DNA from: Octopus bimaculoides
Lineage: Eukaryota
Direction of reading: 5' to 3'
NCBI RefSeq assembly: GCF_001194135.2
Contig: NC_069006.1
Coordinates: forward strand, 6,997,261 to 7,061,260
DNA: 64,000 nucleotides
Shown here: piece by piece, positions 12,455-24,339 of the stretch
Layout of the letters: the number at the start of each line of letters is the position of its first letter
How positions within the stretch are numbered: the stretch's first letter is position 1
Notes under the pieces: model-generated
What the model saw: only the letters and a program-made list of their open reading frames with translations
What the model was told of the DNA's origin: nothing
Database searches by the model: none
Position numbers and translations under genes: made by a program

Positions 12455-12635
12455 GACACGTAAAAGCACCCACTACACTCTCTGAGTGGTTGGCGTTAGG
12501 AAGGGCATCCAGCTGTAGAAACTCTGCCAAATTAGATTGGAGCCTGGTGTTGCCATCCAGTTTCACCAGTCCTCAGTCAAATCGTCCAACCCATGCTAGC
12601 ATGGAAAGCGGACGTTAAACGATGATGATGATGAT
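12455..12635 (+). mobile_element. SINE family C, young copy in MRPL16 intron 2
   Basis: Ends in GGACGTTAAAC(GAT)n. Confidence 0.8.
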
Positions 12636-12788
12636 ATATTGTTGTTATGATAGTAAATTAGCCACTGTTGAAGCCGTATTGTAACATTTTGTAACAAGGT
12701 ATTGTAAGGTTTTAAGACGTATCAGAGAATCCCAAATCAAGATGTGTGTTATTCATAATAAACATATATGTTGTTGCTATTATTGCAG

Positions 12789-12946
12789 ACATTATATTAC
12801 CGGAAAGAAGAAGATTAAAGACGGTAGAAAAGGTCCCTCAGATGCCATCGAACCAACGTCCACCAAAGATGCCAAGACGCAACTATTTAATGAGAGGACC
12901 AGAATTGGTTCATAATAAACTCCAGTACTGCGACTTCGGCATTCAG
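12789..12946 (+). CDS. MRPL16: MRPL16 exon 3 (N-IILPERRRLKTVEKVPQ...MRGPELVHNKLQYCDFGIQ)
   Basis: ttgcag acceptor, CAG|gtaagc donor. Similar to human IPEKPKLRFIERAP...IRGP...GNFAIL. Confidence 0.92.
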
Positions 12947-13035
12947 GTAAGCTTTTGTTTTATTTCAAACTTCTTGTATTTATTCATTTGTTTATTTATT
13001 TATCTATAGTTATTGTCATTAGCAAAATATAATGC

Positions 13036-13508
13036 GGATCTTTTTCTCTTAGTCTTCTTTAAAAAAAAAGAAATCCATAAATTATTCCATGTTAAAGTTG
13101 TCGTATTTCTGTAATTTCAACCAATCACTGACGTCCATTCAGCCGATATACATTAAATGCCGACTACATAAACAAACGATTCTGAAACAATTAACCCTAA
13201 CCCTAGGGTTAGGGTTAAAGCAAATTTAAAATGAAAAAAGCAAATAAAACGAAGGTATGGAGATTAAATACGCTTTACATCGCTTAATCAGCCAAAGGAG
13301 TAAATGTAAACAACTGAATACTTGTCAGTGATTGGTTGAAATTATCGAAATAAGGCAATTTTTTACAAGAAATAAATTCGAATACAAAAATATTTTTCTG
13401 TTCTATAACACAAAATAGATAAGTATACGAAGTTTGAAAGTCTTTCCGTACCAAAAACACTACGTAAAACATTAATGAAAAATGTGGCCCCCGTTTTAAA
13501 AAAGATCC
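13036..13508. mobile_element. Second copy of the same MITE, with most of the left TIR deleted
   Basis: Near-identical body to 47704-48272. TSD TATAATGC / TTTAATGC (7/8). Lies in MRPL16 intron 3. Confidence 0.9.
13191..13218. repeat. Perfect 28-bp telomeric-repeat palindrome TTAACCCTAACCCT-AGGGTTAGGGTTAA
   Basis: Read directly. Confidence 0.97.
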
Positions 13509-13676
13509 TTTAATGCTTAAGTATAAATATTCATTTTTCTAGCTATATTCCTGCTTTAAATATATTTAAGCTGAATATAATACATAAAAAATTAATTGGT
13601 GGCAGAAGCAATAATAATACCAAAAGGTAATATTTATCCGCACTTAAAAGAGAGTGTTGTGATAGAACACAGAATA

Positions 13677-13842
13677 CTGCAATAGTTAGCATGAGAGAAC
13701 TTCTAATATGGAATTGGAGTGCACAAAAGCACTTGTGTGTTTAATGCTGGTGAAAAATAATCGGGTGTAGCAGATGATTATCTCCTAGCAGCAATATAAA
13801 CACAAGTGCATACAAAAGGTTCTCTCATGTTAACTATTGCAG
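13677..13842. mobile_element. Fold-back MITE flanked by TA (Tc1/mariner-type)
   Basis: CTGCAATAGTTAGCATGAGAGAAC / GTTCTCTCATGTTAACTATTGCAG inverted ends, further internal inverted homology, TA on both sides. Confidence 0.75.
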
Positions 13843-13844
13843 TA

Positions 13845-14073
13845 TACTGTAGTGGTTAAGAGCATGGGCTACTAACCCCAAGATTCTGAGTTCGATTCCA
13901 GGCAGTGACCTGAATAATAATAATAACATCGAAAAATACCTTAGGAATGAGAACCCAAGTTCGAAATTTCCCCAAGACACTTGATGAAGGCCGGAGGGTA
14001 TATCAGCCGAAGCATTGTGTTAACAACAAACAAGATGAGGACAAATATCCATCAAATGTAAATAATGTAAATA
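13845..14073 (+). mobile_element. tRNA-headed SINE with hammerhead-like 3' module
   Basis: A-box-like TGTAGTGGTTAAGAGC, B-box GAGTTCGATTCC, (AAT)n linker, and AATGTAAAT tandem tail. Confidence 0.7.
13976..14021 (+). ncRNA. Degenerate minimal type I hammerhead ribozyme fold (Penelope-type)
   Basis: GACAC-[T]TGATGA-A-GGCcG-loop-CaGCC-GAA[G]-C[A]-TT-GTGTT. Stem I, stem II and core are in the correct order, with three substitutions versus CTGATGA...GAAACGTH. This copy is probably inactive. Confidence 0.5.
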
Positions 14074-14160
14074 CATGATTAATTTAAGACAGTGTGAATA
14101 AATAAGCATTGGATTTAAGTAAGTAATGTGAATACTAAAGGGTTATACATATATATGTAT

Positions 14161-14376
14161 CCCTTTAGCATTTAAACCCATCATATTCAGGGTCCAAATA
14201 TTCTACTTCTTTAATGTTCAAACCAGCCAGATCTGGCCTCTTACACCTACCCTGCAATGTCATTCTAATAATAATCACATCATCAAAATCTCAAAGCTAT
14301 GAGATAATGCAGGATTAATTCAAACCAATGGGAATAAATCAGGATTACATTTGACAGTAATCTGAATGCTAAAGGG
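14161..14376. mobile_element. piggyBac-like MITE family 1 (CCCTTTAGCATT...AATGCTAAAGGG|TTAA)
   Basis: 12-bp TIR, CCC/GGG termini, TTAA at the right end. Related copies at about 1400-1625, 10425-10700, 18155-18350, 35475-35700, 52920-53145, 59250-59452 and 63535-63951. Confidence 0.75.
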
Positions 14377-14492
14377 TTAAGATTTCAATAATGAACTATT
14401 TAGATATAAATAAATTACCCCTACCTACCCTTTTTTTTTTTTTTTTTCTTTCTGTTGAGGATGTATTTTTAATTGCTTTCTGTTGTGTCCAG

Positions 14493-14951
14493 GCATTGAC
14501 TGGTGGCCGAATGAAATGGGGTCATTACGAAGTGTTGCGACTGGGCATTCTCCGGAAATTTGATGAAAGTCGAATGTTTGCTGTGTGGCGGATTGATCCT
14601 CCATGGAAACCAATGACCAAAAAGGGACAGGGCCATCGTATGGGGGGTGGCAAGGGCTCGATATCCCATTACGTTTGCCCGGTGCGTACCGGGCGTATCA
14701 TCATCGAAGTTGGTGGCAAGTGCGAGTTTTCAGACGTCAAAGGCTTTCTGTCCAATTTGGCACATCTGATGCCATTCCCAGCCAGAGCCGTTTCCAAACA
14801 AATGTTGGAAGAAGAAAGACAACAAGAAATCGAAAAAGAAGAAAGAAATGTGAATCCTTTTAGTTTCGAATATTGTGTGAAAAATAACATTTATGGTTGT
14901 CAAGCAAATCTATCCAAATACACAATGTTGTGGTATGGAAAATACAGGTGA
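14493..14951 (+). CDS. MRPL16: MRPL16 exon 4, ribosomal L16 domain
   Basis: Contains uL16 signature KKGQGHRMGGGKG and MFAVWRIDPPWKP. Joined CDS is 79+60+158+459=756 nt. Confidence 0.96.
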   Translation, partial: ALTGGRMKWGHYEVLRLGILRKFDESRMFAVWRIDPPWKPMTKKGQGHRMGGGKGSISHYVCPVRTGRIIIEVGGKCEFSDVKGFLSNLAHLMPFPARAVSKQMLEEERQQEIEKEERNVNPFSFEYCVKNNIYGCQANLSKYTMLWYGKYR

Positions 14952-15459
14952 TTTGTTGCTATAAAAAGTTTAGAAACATTAATTACAATTTTCAATTGTT
15001 GTTGTTTTTCTTATTTGTTTTATTTAATGAATATTTTGCTATAATTTGTTTGGGTTGTGTATTTCATTGGTTGTTTTTAAATCGCAGAGGAATCTGCTGT
15101 GTTACATATATCATCATCATCATCATCATTTAATGTCCCAGGAACTAGTAAGGCTGGGAACCACCTCAGGCTCCGTTATCTACTTTGATGTGGTCTCTAC
15201 AGATGGATGCCCTTCTTAACACTTTCCAACCACTTTACGAAGTGTGCTGAGTGCTTTTTACAAGGCACCCACACCAACAGGGTCACTGAGTAACTTGCAA
15301 GACAAAGTCCCCCCCCCCACCTCGTCAATTGGGAGGAGGGAGACTTAGTGAGGGGTTTGGTGGCTTTGTGCCAGTTGATGGGAGCTTAGGGGTGTGGAGG
15401 GAAAGGGATAGGTGTCCAGCTGTGGAGTTGATACATGACTATACATAGACATGTGTTCT

Positions 15460-15663
15460 TTTATTCTTTTACTTGCTTGTTATTCGACTGTGGCCATGCT
15501 GGAGCACAACCTTTAGTTGAACAAATCAACCCCAGGACTTATTCTTTGTAAACCTAGTGCTTATTCTATCAGTCCCTTTTGCCAAACCAGTAAGTTACGG
15601 GAACGTAAACACACCATCAGTTGTCAAGCGATGATGGTGGTGAGGGCAAGCACAGACACACAA

Positions 15664-15722
<59 letters not shown>

Positions 15723-15870
15723 ACAGGCTTCTTTCAGTTTCCGTTTACCAAATCCACTCTCAAGGCTTTGGTCAGCCCGAGGCTACAGCAGAAGACACTT
15801 GCTCAAGGTGCCACACAGTGAGACTGAACCTGGAGCCATGTGGTTGGAAAGCAAGCTTCTTACCACGCAG
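15460..15870 (-). mobile_element. SINE family A, full-length copy
   Basis: Reverse complement of 53768-54180, with an internal (CA)n(TA)n. Confidence 0.85.
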
Positions 15871-16141
15871 ATGTATATATTGAAGGGTATAATTAATAAA
15901 CGTTCTAATTGGTCAAAATTAACTTTATAACACTCTCATATTATCACATCATTGATCGTAAATATATATTATGAACATGAGAGAATTCAGTGGTAAAATG
16001 GAGTGTTATAAAGTTACTTTTTACCAATTAGGGTGTTTATTCATTATACCCTTCAATTTTCTTTTTGTCTGAGCCTTACCTGAGCACTTCCACCTGCAGT
16101 CCTATTTTTATTTTTCGGTTTAACGAAATTATAAAATTACC

Positions 16142-16176
<35 letters not shown>

Positions 16177-16179
16177 CAA

Positions 16180-16615
16180 AATTGCTGACATGGCTGATGA
16201 CAGTACCTCCTGATTGGCACTTGTGCTAGTGGAACGTTAAAAGCACCATCCAAGCGTGATCGTTGCCAGCATCGCCTTACTGGCACATGTGCCAGTGGAA
16301 TGTGAAAAACAACATTTGAGTGTAGTCGTTGCCAGTGCCGCCGGACTGGCTCCTGTGCAGGTGGTACGTAAAAAAAAAACCTTTGGGGTGTGGTCGTTGC
16401 CAGTACCGGCATGACTGGCCCTCGTGCTGGTGGCACGTAAAAGCACCCACTACACTCTCAGAATGGTTGGCATTAGGAAGGGCATCCAGCTGTAGAAATC
16501 TTGCCAGATCAGATTGGAGCTTGGTGCAGCCTTCTGGTTTACCAGCCCTTGGTCAAACCGTCCAACCCATGCCAGCATGGAAAGCGGATGTTAAACGATG
16601 ATGGTGATGATATAA
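16180..16615 (+). mobile_element. SINE family C (RTE-type tail ...GCATGGAAAGCGGATGTTAAACGATGATG) with a 5' tandem array
   Basis: Shared body with about 3100-3262, 4020-4215(-), 5960-6285, 12455-12635, 18360-18660(-), 26545-26675(-), 30110-30245, 38215-38410(-), 39790-40025, 45885-46225 and 58265-58372(-). Confidence 0.8.
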
Positions 16616-17009
16616 ATATATATGCACCTTCTTTCAACGTTATATTCAGTACTACCGGATATGTCGATAGAGTTTTAACCAACACTTTATATAAACAAGT
16701 GTATATACTCTGTTTCAGAATGAATCTACAGGTATTTAAGAAACACTACATGTATGGATAGATAGACATATACTCTTTGTTTCAATACTGTTTACTGTAA
16801 TATAGGATAGATTTATAGATTTATAATCCAACCTGAATGTACAGACAGTTGTAAACACCTTGTTTCAATTCTGTAAATATTTAGCCAACATTCTACAGGT
16901 AGATGTGAATACTTTGTATGTACAATACCTTTGTGGAATGATAAAGCACAGCTTATAAACCCACATTCGTCAGTCATTCTTCAATTCCTGGTTTTCTTAA
17001 TAATCACCA

Positions 17010-18160
17010 GACTATAGAGTGTGGAACTCTGTCAAAGACTGTCTCCAGACAGACGTAAGAGAGGCTCACTCTTGTCTAGGAACTTCTGCTGTTGCTTCAC
17101 TATGAAGAGAGCATCAGTAGTACTCCAGTCTGGAACAAACTGTGTCTCATCTAAGTGGATTCTCTCCCTAATCGAGATGGTGCTAAGACTTTTTCTGTTA
17201 CTTCCCTTACTCGGTCCATCAGTTTCATATTTCTGTAGCTGAGTCTTTCTTAGCATCTCTTTTCACATTGTTAAAGGTTGATGACTTATTCTGCTCTACC
17301 AGCTCCTTGTATAACCTTCATTGATTTGTATGAGTGACATGTTTGAACCTTGTCCCACCAGATAATTTCAGTATTTCAAATACTATACTTGAGGGGCCAG
17401 CAGCATTCCCCAACATTGTACCCTTAATAGTCACGTCTAGAGCTGGTCCTTCTGTTGGTCACACTTCAAATAGATCCACTTCCTTCCCCACACTTTCCAC
17501 ATAAAACAATCTCTTTTTATAACATGTCCAGGCCTCTTGGATGATAGCATAGTTTCCCTCACCGAGGATAGGTTTGCTATTATCATTCTTTCTTCCAGCA
17601 TCTTGGTTCACTCTCATCCACTGCTTGGCAGTCCAGAATACCTCACACTTCTTATTTCTTTATTGCCCACAAGGGGCTAAATATAGAGGGGACAAACAAG
17701 GACAGACAAACGAATCAAGTCGATTACATCGACCTCAGTGCGTAACTGGTACTTAATTTATTGACCCCGAAAGGATGAAAGGCAAAGTCGACCTCGGTGG
17801 AATTTGAACTCAGAACGTAACGGCAGACGAAATACCGCTAAGCATTTCGCCCAGCGTGCTAACATTTCTGCCAGCTCACCGCTTCTGATTCTTCTGCTGC
17901 TAGACATTGGTAAATTCTTCACTATGTACACTTCTCATCTAGCAATATAGTATTCCTCTCTGTTGCCTTCCCAGGCCTGTCTTTTAGTATTCCACCACTG
18001 TCCATCTCACTGGTGCACTGCTTCTACAAAAGATCTTGTTAGTAGCTTTCAGGAGATTATCTTGTGGAAGCTTCTAGTTGTCCTCAAAATTACAGGTCTC
18101 TGCTTCCTCCTTTTCATTAAAACTCATCATCTCAAAGTGGAGGACAGAAAGTGTTGTAAC
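17010..18160 (-). mobile_element. Degenerate RTE-clade LINE ORF2 (reverse transcriptase) remnant, interrupted by a SINE
   Basis: Translations IRERIHLDETQFVPDWSTTDALFIVKQQQKFLDK (RT Q.GF..GRST.DAIF motif) and WWNT-KRQAWEG-NREEY. Stops and frameshifts present. Confidence 0.75.
17655..17882 (-). mobile_element. SINE family B (tRNA head plus GGTCGACTTTGCCTTTCATCCTTTCGGGGTC central domain)
   Basis: Near-full-length copy. Others at about 19795-19922, 21235-21345, 48300-48485, 55735-55935, 61030-61185, 62405-62600 and 62600-62830. Confidence 0.8.
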
Positions 18161-21100
18161 CTTTAGCATTTAAACCAGCCATATCCGACCAAAATATTCT
18201 ACCTGTTTTATGTTCAAACTGGTCAGATCCAGCCTCTTACACCTACCCTACAATATCATACTAAAAGTATACAATCACACAATCAAAATCTCAAAGCTAT
18301 GAGATAATGCAGGATTTATTGAAAACAATGTGAATAAATAAGCTTTACATTTTAATATCATCGTCATCATCATTTAACGTCCGGTGTCCATGCTGGCATG
18401 GGTTGGACAATTTGACCAGGGCTGGCAAGCCGGAAGGCTGCACCAGACTCCAGTGTGATTTAGCGCAGTTTTCTATGGCTGAATGCCCTTTCTAATGCCA
18501 ACCACTCTGAGAATGTAAGGGGTGCCATTTGCATGACACCGGTATCTGCCATGACTGTGATTTTGCTCAGCTTGATGGGTCTTCTTCTCAAGCACGACAT
18601 AATGCTAAAGGTCTTGGTCATTTCTTCTATGTGGCCCAACACTCGAAAGGAACTCAGCCACTGGTTTTGGTACTCTTCGTGTCATGACTCTTAACACAAG
18701 TCATCTTGTTGACATCTACCTCATTATAAGCCTATGGTCGTATTAACAAGCTAATTAAATATTCATTATAATTATATGTAGTTTTCCAATGCTCCCTACT
18801 CTAAATGTCAATGCTAACTTAAATGTTATTGTTTTTCATGTGGATGATGTTGGCGTTAATCTCTGACCAATTCTATTTTCCTCTTGTTGACCAACTTGTA
18901 AACTCACCTAAGTCTTTCATCTGTTATTGTATGAAGTATGAGGAAGTTTATACTCCATTGATGAGGTCAGAATAAAGCAGAAACAAAATGGTTTCAATAT
19001 TTGATGATATAATTAGAAAAATAGTAGCCATTGATTTTTTTTTTTTTTTTACCCCCATAATTCTAGATAGCTTTTTCTCATTATTCTCTCCATATTCATT
19101 ATCAGTATGTTTTTTTCCCTCTTCCATGGTTTGAATAGGTTTTCAAATGTTGTACAACATCTCACCAATTGTTGTCATTTCCTTCTTGAGGTCAAACTTC
19201 CACCTGTGTTTTTGTCTTCGAATGCCTTCCACTTCTTCACCCAATGGTCATCCTCCAGACCGACTCGGTCTTCTCCCTTGCATCTCACATCATATTTCCT
19301 CTTCAACCACTTTTTTTACATCAGCTCATTTGTCTGCCATCGTCATTCACGTACACCGTTGCTTCTCAACCAGCATCCACATAAGATTTTGCTTTTAGAA
19401 TCTAAGTGCAATAAATTCCGTATACGTCTACAATACACAAAATAATTAAATCTTTTTTTTTACAATTCTTTGTTTAATTGTAAAAATAAGGTTTTTTTAA
19501 AAATATACATTGAATGGTTTATGAGGGTCCAGTAACATAAATTAGGGTCATTAGGTTTAAAAAATGGATGGTTGAGAACCACTGATATACAATAATAGTA
19601 GATAGACGTCCAGCAAAGCTTGCTTGCCTCCTATCCTCCCCAGCCTTCATATTTTCAAGCTCCACCATACAATCTGGGAGTAAGTTTCTTTTTGTTCCCT
19701 CTGACATTTATCTGCCCCCATCTTTCTCTGCTCATTGCTTTTGGAACATATTCTTTTCTACTCTAGCCACAAGGNNNNNNNNNNTGGGGGGGGGGGCCTC
19801 GATTAGATCGACCTCAGTACACAACTGGTATTTAATTTATCAATCCCGAAAAGGATGACAGGCAAAGTCGACCTCGGTGGAATTTGAACTCAGAATGTAA
19901 TGTCTCTGCCAGCTCGCCGCCTTTTTTGGAACATATTCTCCAGATATTAAGTAATTTAGGGAACAGAAACCACCGACTCCTTCCACAGTCCACTGCCTAT
20001 ACAGTGATCCCTTGACTATCGCAGGTGTTACATTCCAAAACCTTCTGTGACAAGTGAAAATCCATAAAGTAGAAATAGTGCTGTGCTCTTCTACTTGTTT
20101 CAGTCATTTTGACAGCGGCCATGCTGGATCACTGCTCTTAGTCAAACAAATCGACCCCAGGACTTACTATTTTGTAAGCCTAGTACTTATTGTATCGGTC
20201 TCTTTTGCTGAACCACCAAGTTACGGGGACGTGAGGATAAACACAGACACACAAATACATATATACATACAACGGGCTTCTTTCAGTTTCCGTCTACCAA
20301 ATCCACTCACCAGGCTTTGGTCAGCTCGAGGCTATAGTAGAAGACACTTGCCCAAGGTATCATGCAGTGGGACTGAACGCGGAACCATGTGGTTGGGAAG
20401 CAAACTTCTTACCACACAGCTGTGCCTGTGTATTTTTTTTTTTTTTTATTTCTATAATTTGTATAAATTTTATTATAAATGCAAAGCAACACCACGGAGG
20501 AATTGGCGTAATCTTAAATAATAAGCTATGATATGGCAAGGGATTACTATGTTGGTATCCTTGGGCACCCTTCTCTCTCTTCTCTGCCACCTAAATATCC
20601 TCATTTCTGGCCTACCTCCAAGAAAACCTTCCAAACCACTTGCCCTTGACCACCCTCTCCAGACTCATCACTCACATCATCTGTTCATAACATTCCCTAG
20701 TGTGTGGGTTAGCTCTGTCACTTAACACACGACCTACCTGTTCTTTTAATAATAGAAGTCCTTGTAGGCCATTTAGTTTTGTAAAATGCAAGACCGCTTC
20801 ATCAAAGCAGGTGGTACAAATAAGGCAATCCGCACACTCTGGAAAGTGGCTGGCCTTAAGAGCACCCAGCCATAGAAACCTCGGAGTACCGGTCTTCCTA
20901 AACTGTCCAACCCATGCCAACATGGAAAAGTGGACTGTAATGATGATACTGTTTCTCTGCATTTGCTCTATTCCCCGTCCTTTCCTGTCAGCCTGGTCGT
21001 GATTCCTCTGCATCTCTTTTAGATCCACAATTCACACCAAGTAACCAGCACTTTTCCTATATATCAAGGCATTGTCACTATGAGAACGTATCCACTCCTA

Positions 21101-22818
21101 TACAGATGTTCTCATGAAAACCTGTCAAAGGCCTTCTCCAGGTCGGTAAATGCTGTGTGTAGTGGTTTGTATTCTAAGAATATCATTTCTACAGTTGTTT
21201 GCTTTATTAACAAGGCCTCAATGGTGGCACAGCCCCCAACATGCAACTGGTACTTAATTTATCGACCCTGAAAGGATGAAAAGCAAGGTCGACCTCGACG
21301 GAATTTGAACTCAGAACATAAAGACGGATGAAATACTGCCAGCTTGCTACAATATCAGTTTGTCCCTGGCATCGCTTGACAACTGGTGTTGGTTTGTTCA
21401 CATCCCTGTAACCTAACAGTTCAAGAGGCTGATGGAGTAAGTATCAAACTTTAAAGAAAACAGACTAAACCCTTCAAAGTATTGCCCCAGCATGGCCTCA
21501 GTTAATTGGCTGAAAGAAATCAATGAAGACCAAAACTGCAAATGTCTATGCCCCTGGATGCATTTCAAAATATTTCAGAATAATTTGAACTGTGCAGGGA
21601 TACAAATGGTCATTTCTGCTGTTGAAACTTCAAACAGGTGTCACTAATCCCTGAGAGCCGTGATTCCCCAACATGGGGCATGGTAATATTTTGTACACCA
21701 TAAGGAGGCAATTCGAGAATGAGTTATTGAAAAAAAAATTCTTTACACCCCTTCTATGGACAATTTTATCAAATTTGACACTTTAGAGACAACAGATCAT
21801 TTTCATCTTGCTCACACATTCATTAGATTTGATGTCTCTAAAGTGGAAAAATAGATTATTTCCTTTGATTCAGTGGTATGTGAAAATATGTAGGCAAAAA
21901 TACAAATTATGGGTGAAAAACTCGAATCTTGTGAATTTTCTGAAGTCTTCCCCCACCCCGTTGATTTCCACGCATTTTTTTTTTTTTCATATTTGTTTCC
22001 TACACATTTTGTTTACGTCTGTTGCACTATTTTTTTTTTTAATTTTGTTCCCGGGTAATATTGTAAACATTGAATAACACAAATTAAATATCACAAGGGG
22101 GCATAGCCAAAAATCGGTTGAGAGTCTGAAATTAAATGTTTTAAAGAATTTTAATTGCATTTCATTGAAACAAAACTGGAACTTAACAGAAACGGTTTTT
22201 GTTTTATGTCTTTTTTTCATGTAGGGGTCCTTTCTGTCACTGATCCTTACTTTGTCCTTCCAAGATGGTCCCTTGGAAGGGGGGGTCCCCCACCCCTCCC
22301 CAACAGAGCTATAACATGTATTGTATCAAATGGCACCATCCGAAAATGTAAAGTCACACAGATACACAACAGGCTTCTGTACAGTTTCCATTTCTCCATC
22401 TCACAAGGCATTGGTCTGCTACACGATTATACAGCTAAACTTGCATCTATTTGTTTAGGGATTAGTCAGAGGAGAAAGGGCCTAAAGGGGCTAGCAATGC
22501 CCAGGACTGTTGCAGGGTCTTTGAGAATGGTGGTGCAAAAGAAAGGACCTTTTGGGTCTGAGGTGAGAGGTGTTATCAGACTGGAGAAGAGGTCCGGATG
22601 TATGCAACAAAGCAAGACCTTGCTAAAGCACACACACACATGCCCGCCAGAGATACAGGTCACTTTCAGGGCTTCAGTACAGTTTTTGTCAACCCAAAAA
22701 GACTTGGTTTGTTTGAGGTGAAACAGCCCGAAGTGCTGAGCAGCAGTGGAACTGAACCCAGAACCATGTGATTATGAAACAAATTTGTTCACCACAGATA
22801 AGTTAACAAGACAAATAC

Positions 22819-22849
<31 letters not shown>

Positions 22850-23339
22850 AATAAGATGTTAGACACAAAAACAAAACAAAAACAATAAGAATTTCCTCAA
22901 TATTTTTATGTTTCAGTTTTCTAAACTGGTATGGATGGAACTGTGTATGTGTATTATTATTTATATATATATATTTATGTAGTCTTTTGTATGTTTATCA
23001 ATGCCTGGTAAAGTTTATGATTGTGCAAATAGCAATGAATGTATGTTGACATGCATGCGAGTCCTGTCGATAAGTTTCTCACTGTCCTGTAGTGTTTTTG
23101 CTGCCAGGGTTTGCTGTGTTTAAAGCGATTGGCAATAAACTCAGACAAGACTTAGGAAACATTCGATAGAATAAAAATAATGATAACAAAAAAAAAAAGA
23201 GAAAAAAAAAACATTCAGAAACTAAAAGACAAGGTGCCAGAAACAAGAGAGATTATTTCTAAGACTTTTGAAAAGATGCTGTTTAGACACAGAGAGCAGC
23301 AAAAAAAATATCCTGAGACAAAAGCTTAACTATTTACAT

Positions 23340-23613
23340 CAGTGGTTCTCAACCAGGGTCCACATGACCCTTGTGGGGGTCCATATAAGATTCTGTTGCT
23401 AAAATTTAGGCACAATAAACTGGTTATACTTCTGTCATACACAAAGTATTTTAACAATATTTTCCCCTACAAATTCCTAATATTATTTAATTCTATAAAC
23501 ATTCTAGGATGTTGTTTTTAAAGCATTGAATGGCTGTGGAGTTCCATTAGAGCAAGATAGGAATGAAGGAGGGGGGGGTGACCATAGGTTAAAAAATTGG
23601 CTGAGAACCACTG
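23340..23613. mobile_element. hAT-type MITE (CAGTGGTTCTCAAC termini)
   Basis: CAGTGGTTCTCAACC ... GGCTGAGAACCACTG with a degraded 8-bp TSD. Similar copies at about 4286-4577, 19355-19585, 40437-40630, 45600-45850, 52645-52912 and 61325-61510. Confidence 0.7.
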
Positions 23614-24339
23614 ATACACAGTGAAAAAGAAGCTGGAAGAATTGGTGAATGGGAAAACAAATAAAATTAAACGCTTTGATATATTTTTGAAAAGTATCTT
23701 CCTTTTATTGACTGTTTGTTTGTAAATGTCCCCCTTTTTAATAAAAAAAAAAAAANNNNNNNNNNNNNNNNNNNNNNNNNNNNNNNNNNNNNNNNNNNNN
23801 NNNNNNNNTTTTTTTTTTTTTTTTTTTTTTCCAGTTTAGAATTTATGTACAACTGTTACTAAAACTAGATTCTCTTAGGTGAATGAGTTTTTTTTTTTAG
23901 TGTTTTTTTTGAATTTCACATTTTAACCCCCATTTTTTGGTTTTTTTCATATTTTTCCACTTTTTAATAAAGTAATAAAATGTATTAATGCTAGAACGGT
24001 GTTCTAAATCCAATAATCCATGGGTGTTGAAGAAAAAAACAAAATAAAAATAAAAGAACAAAAAAAAACTTAAATTTTAACAAAAACAGGCTTCAAGAAA
24101 AATGTTATATTTATAGAAAGCAGCCACTAAATGGTAATGTTGGAGTTGTTCTTCTCTTTGACTTTGGTCTTTCTTCAGTTCTTCAATTCACTTCCTCAGA
24201 TTTCCAATGCTACATTTTCTTCTCAATGCTTTTATATTTATTATAATTATTTTTATAATTTTTTTGTTTTGTTCTTTGGAATTCAACACAAATTTCTGGG
24301 CAAAGAGACAAATAAATAAAGTGATTATTATTAATATTA

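Noticed and set aside
21540-22320. Possible DNA-transposon remnant with small hairpins (CACTTTAGAGAC/GTCTCTAAAGTG; CCTTCCAAG/CTTGGAAGG)
   Set aside because: No termini, TSD or second copy in the window to support a call.
22155-22721. 188-aa plus-strand ORF
   Set aside because: Mosaic of repeat fragments, with no recognisable motif or splice structure.
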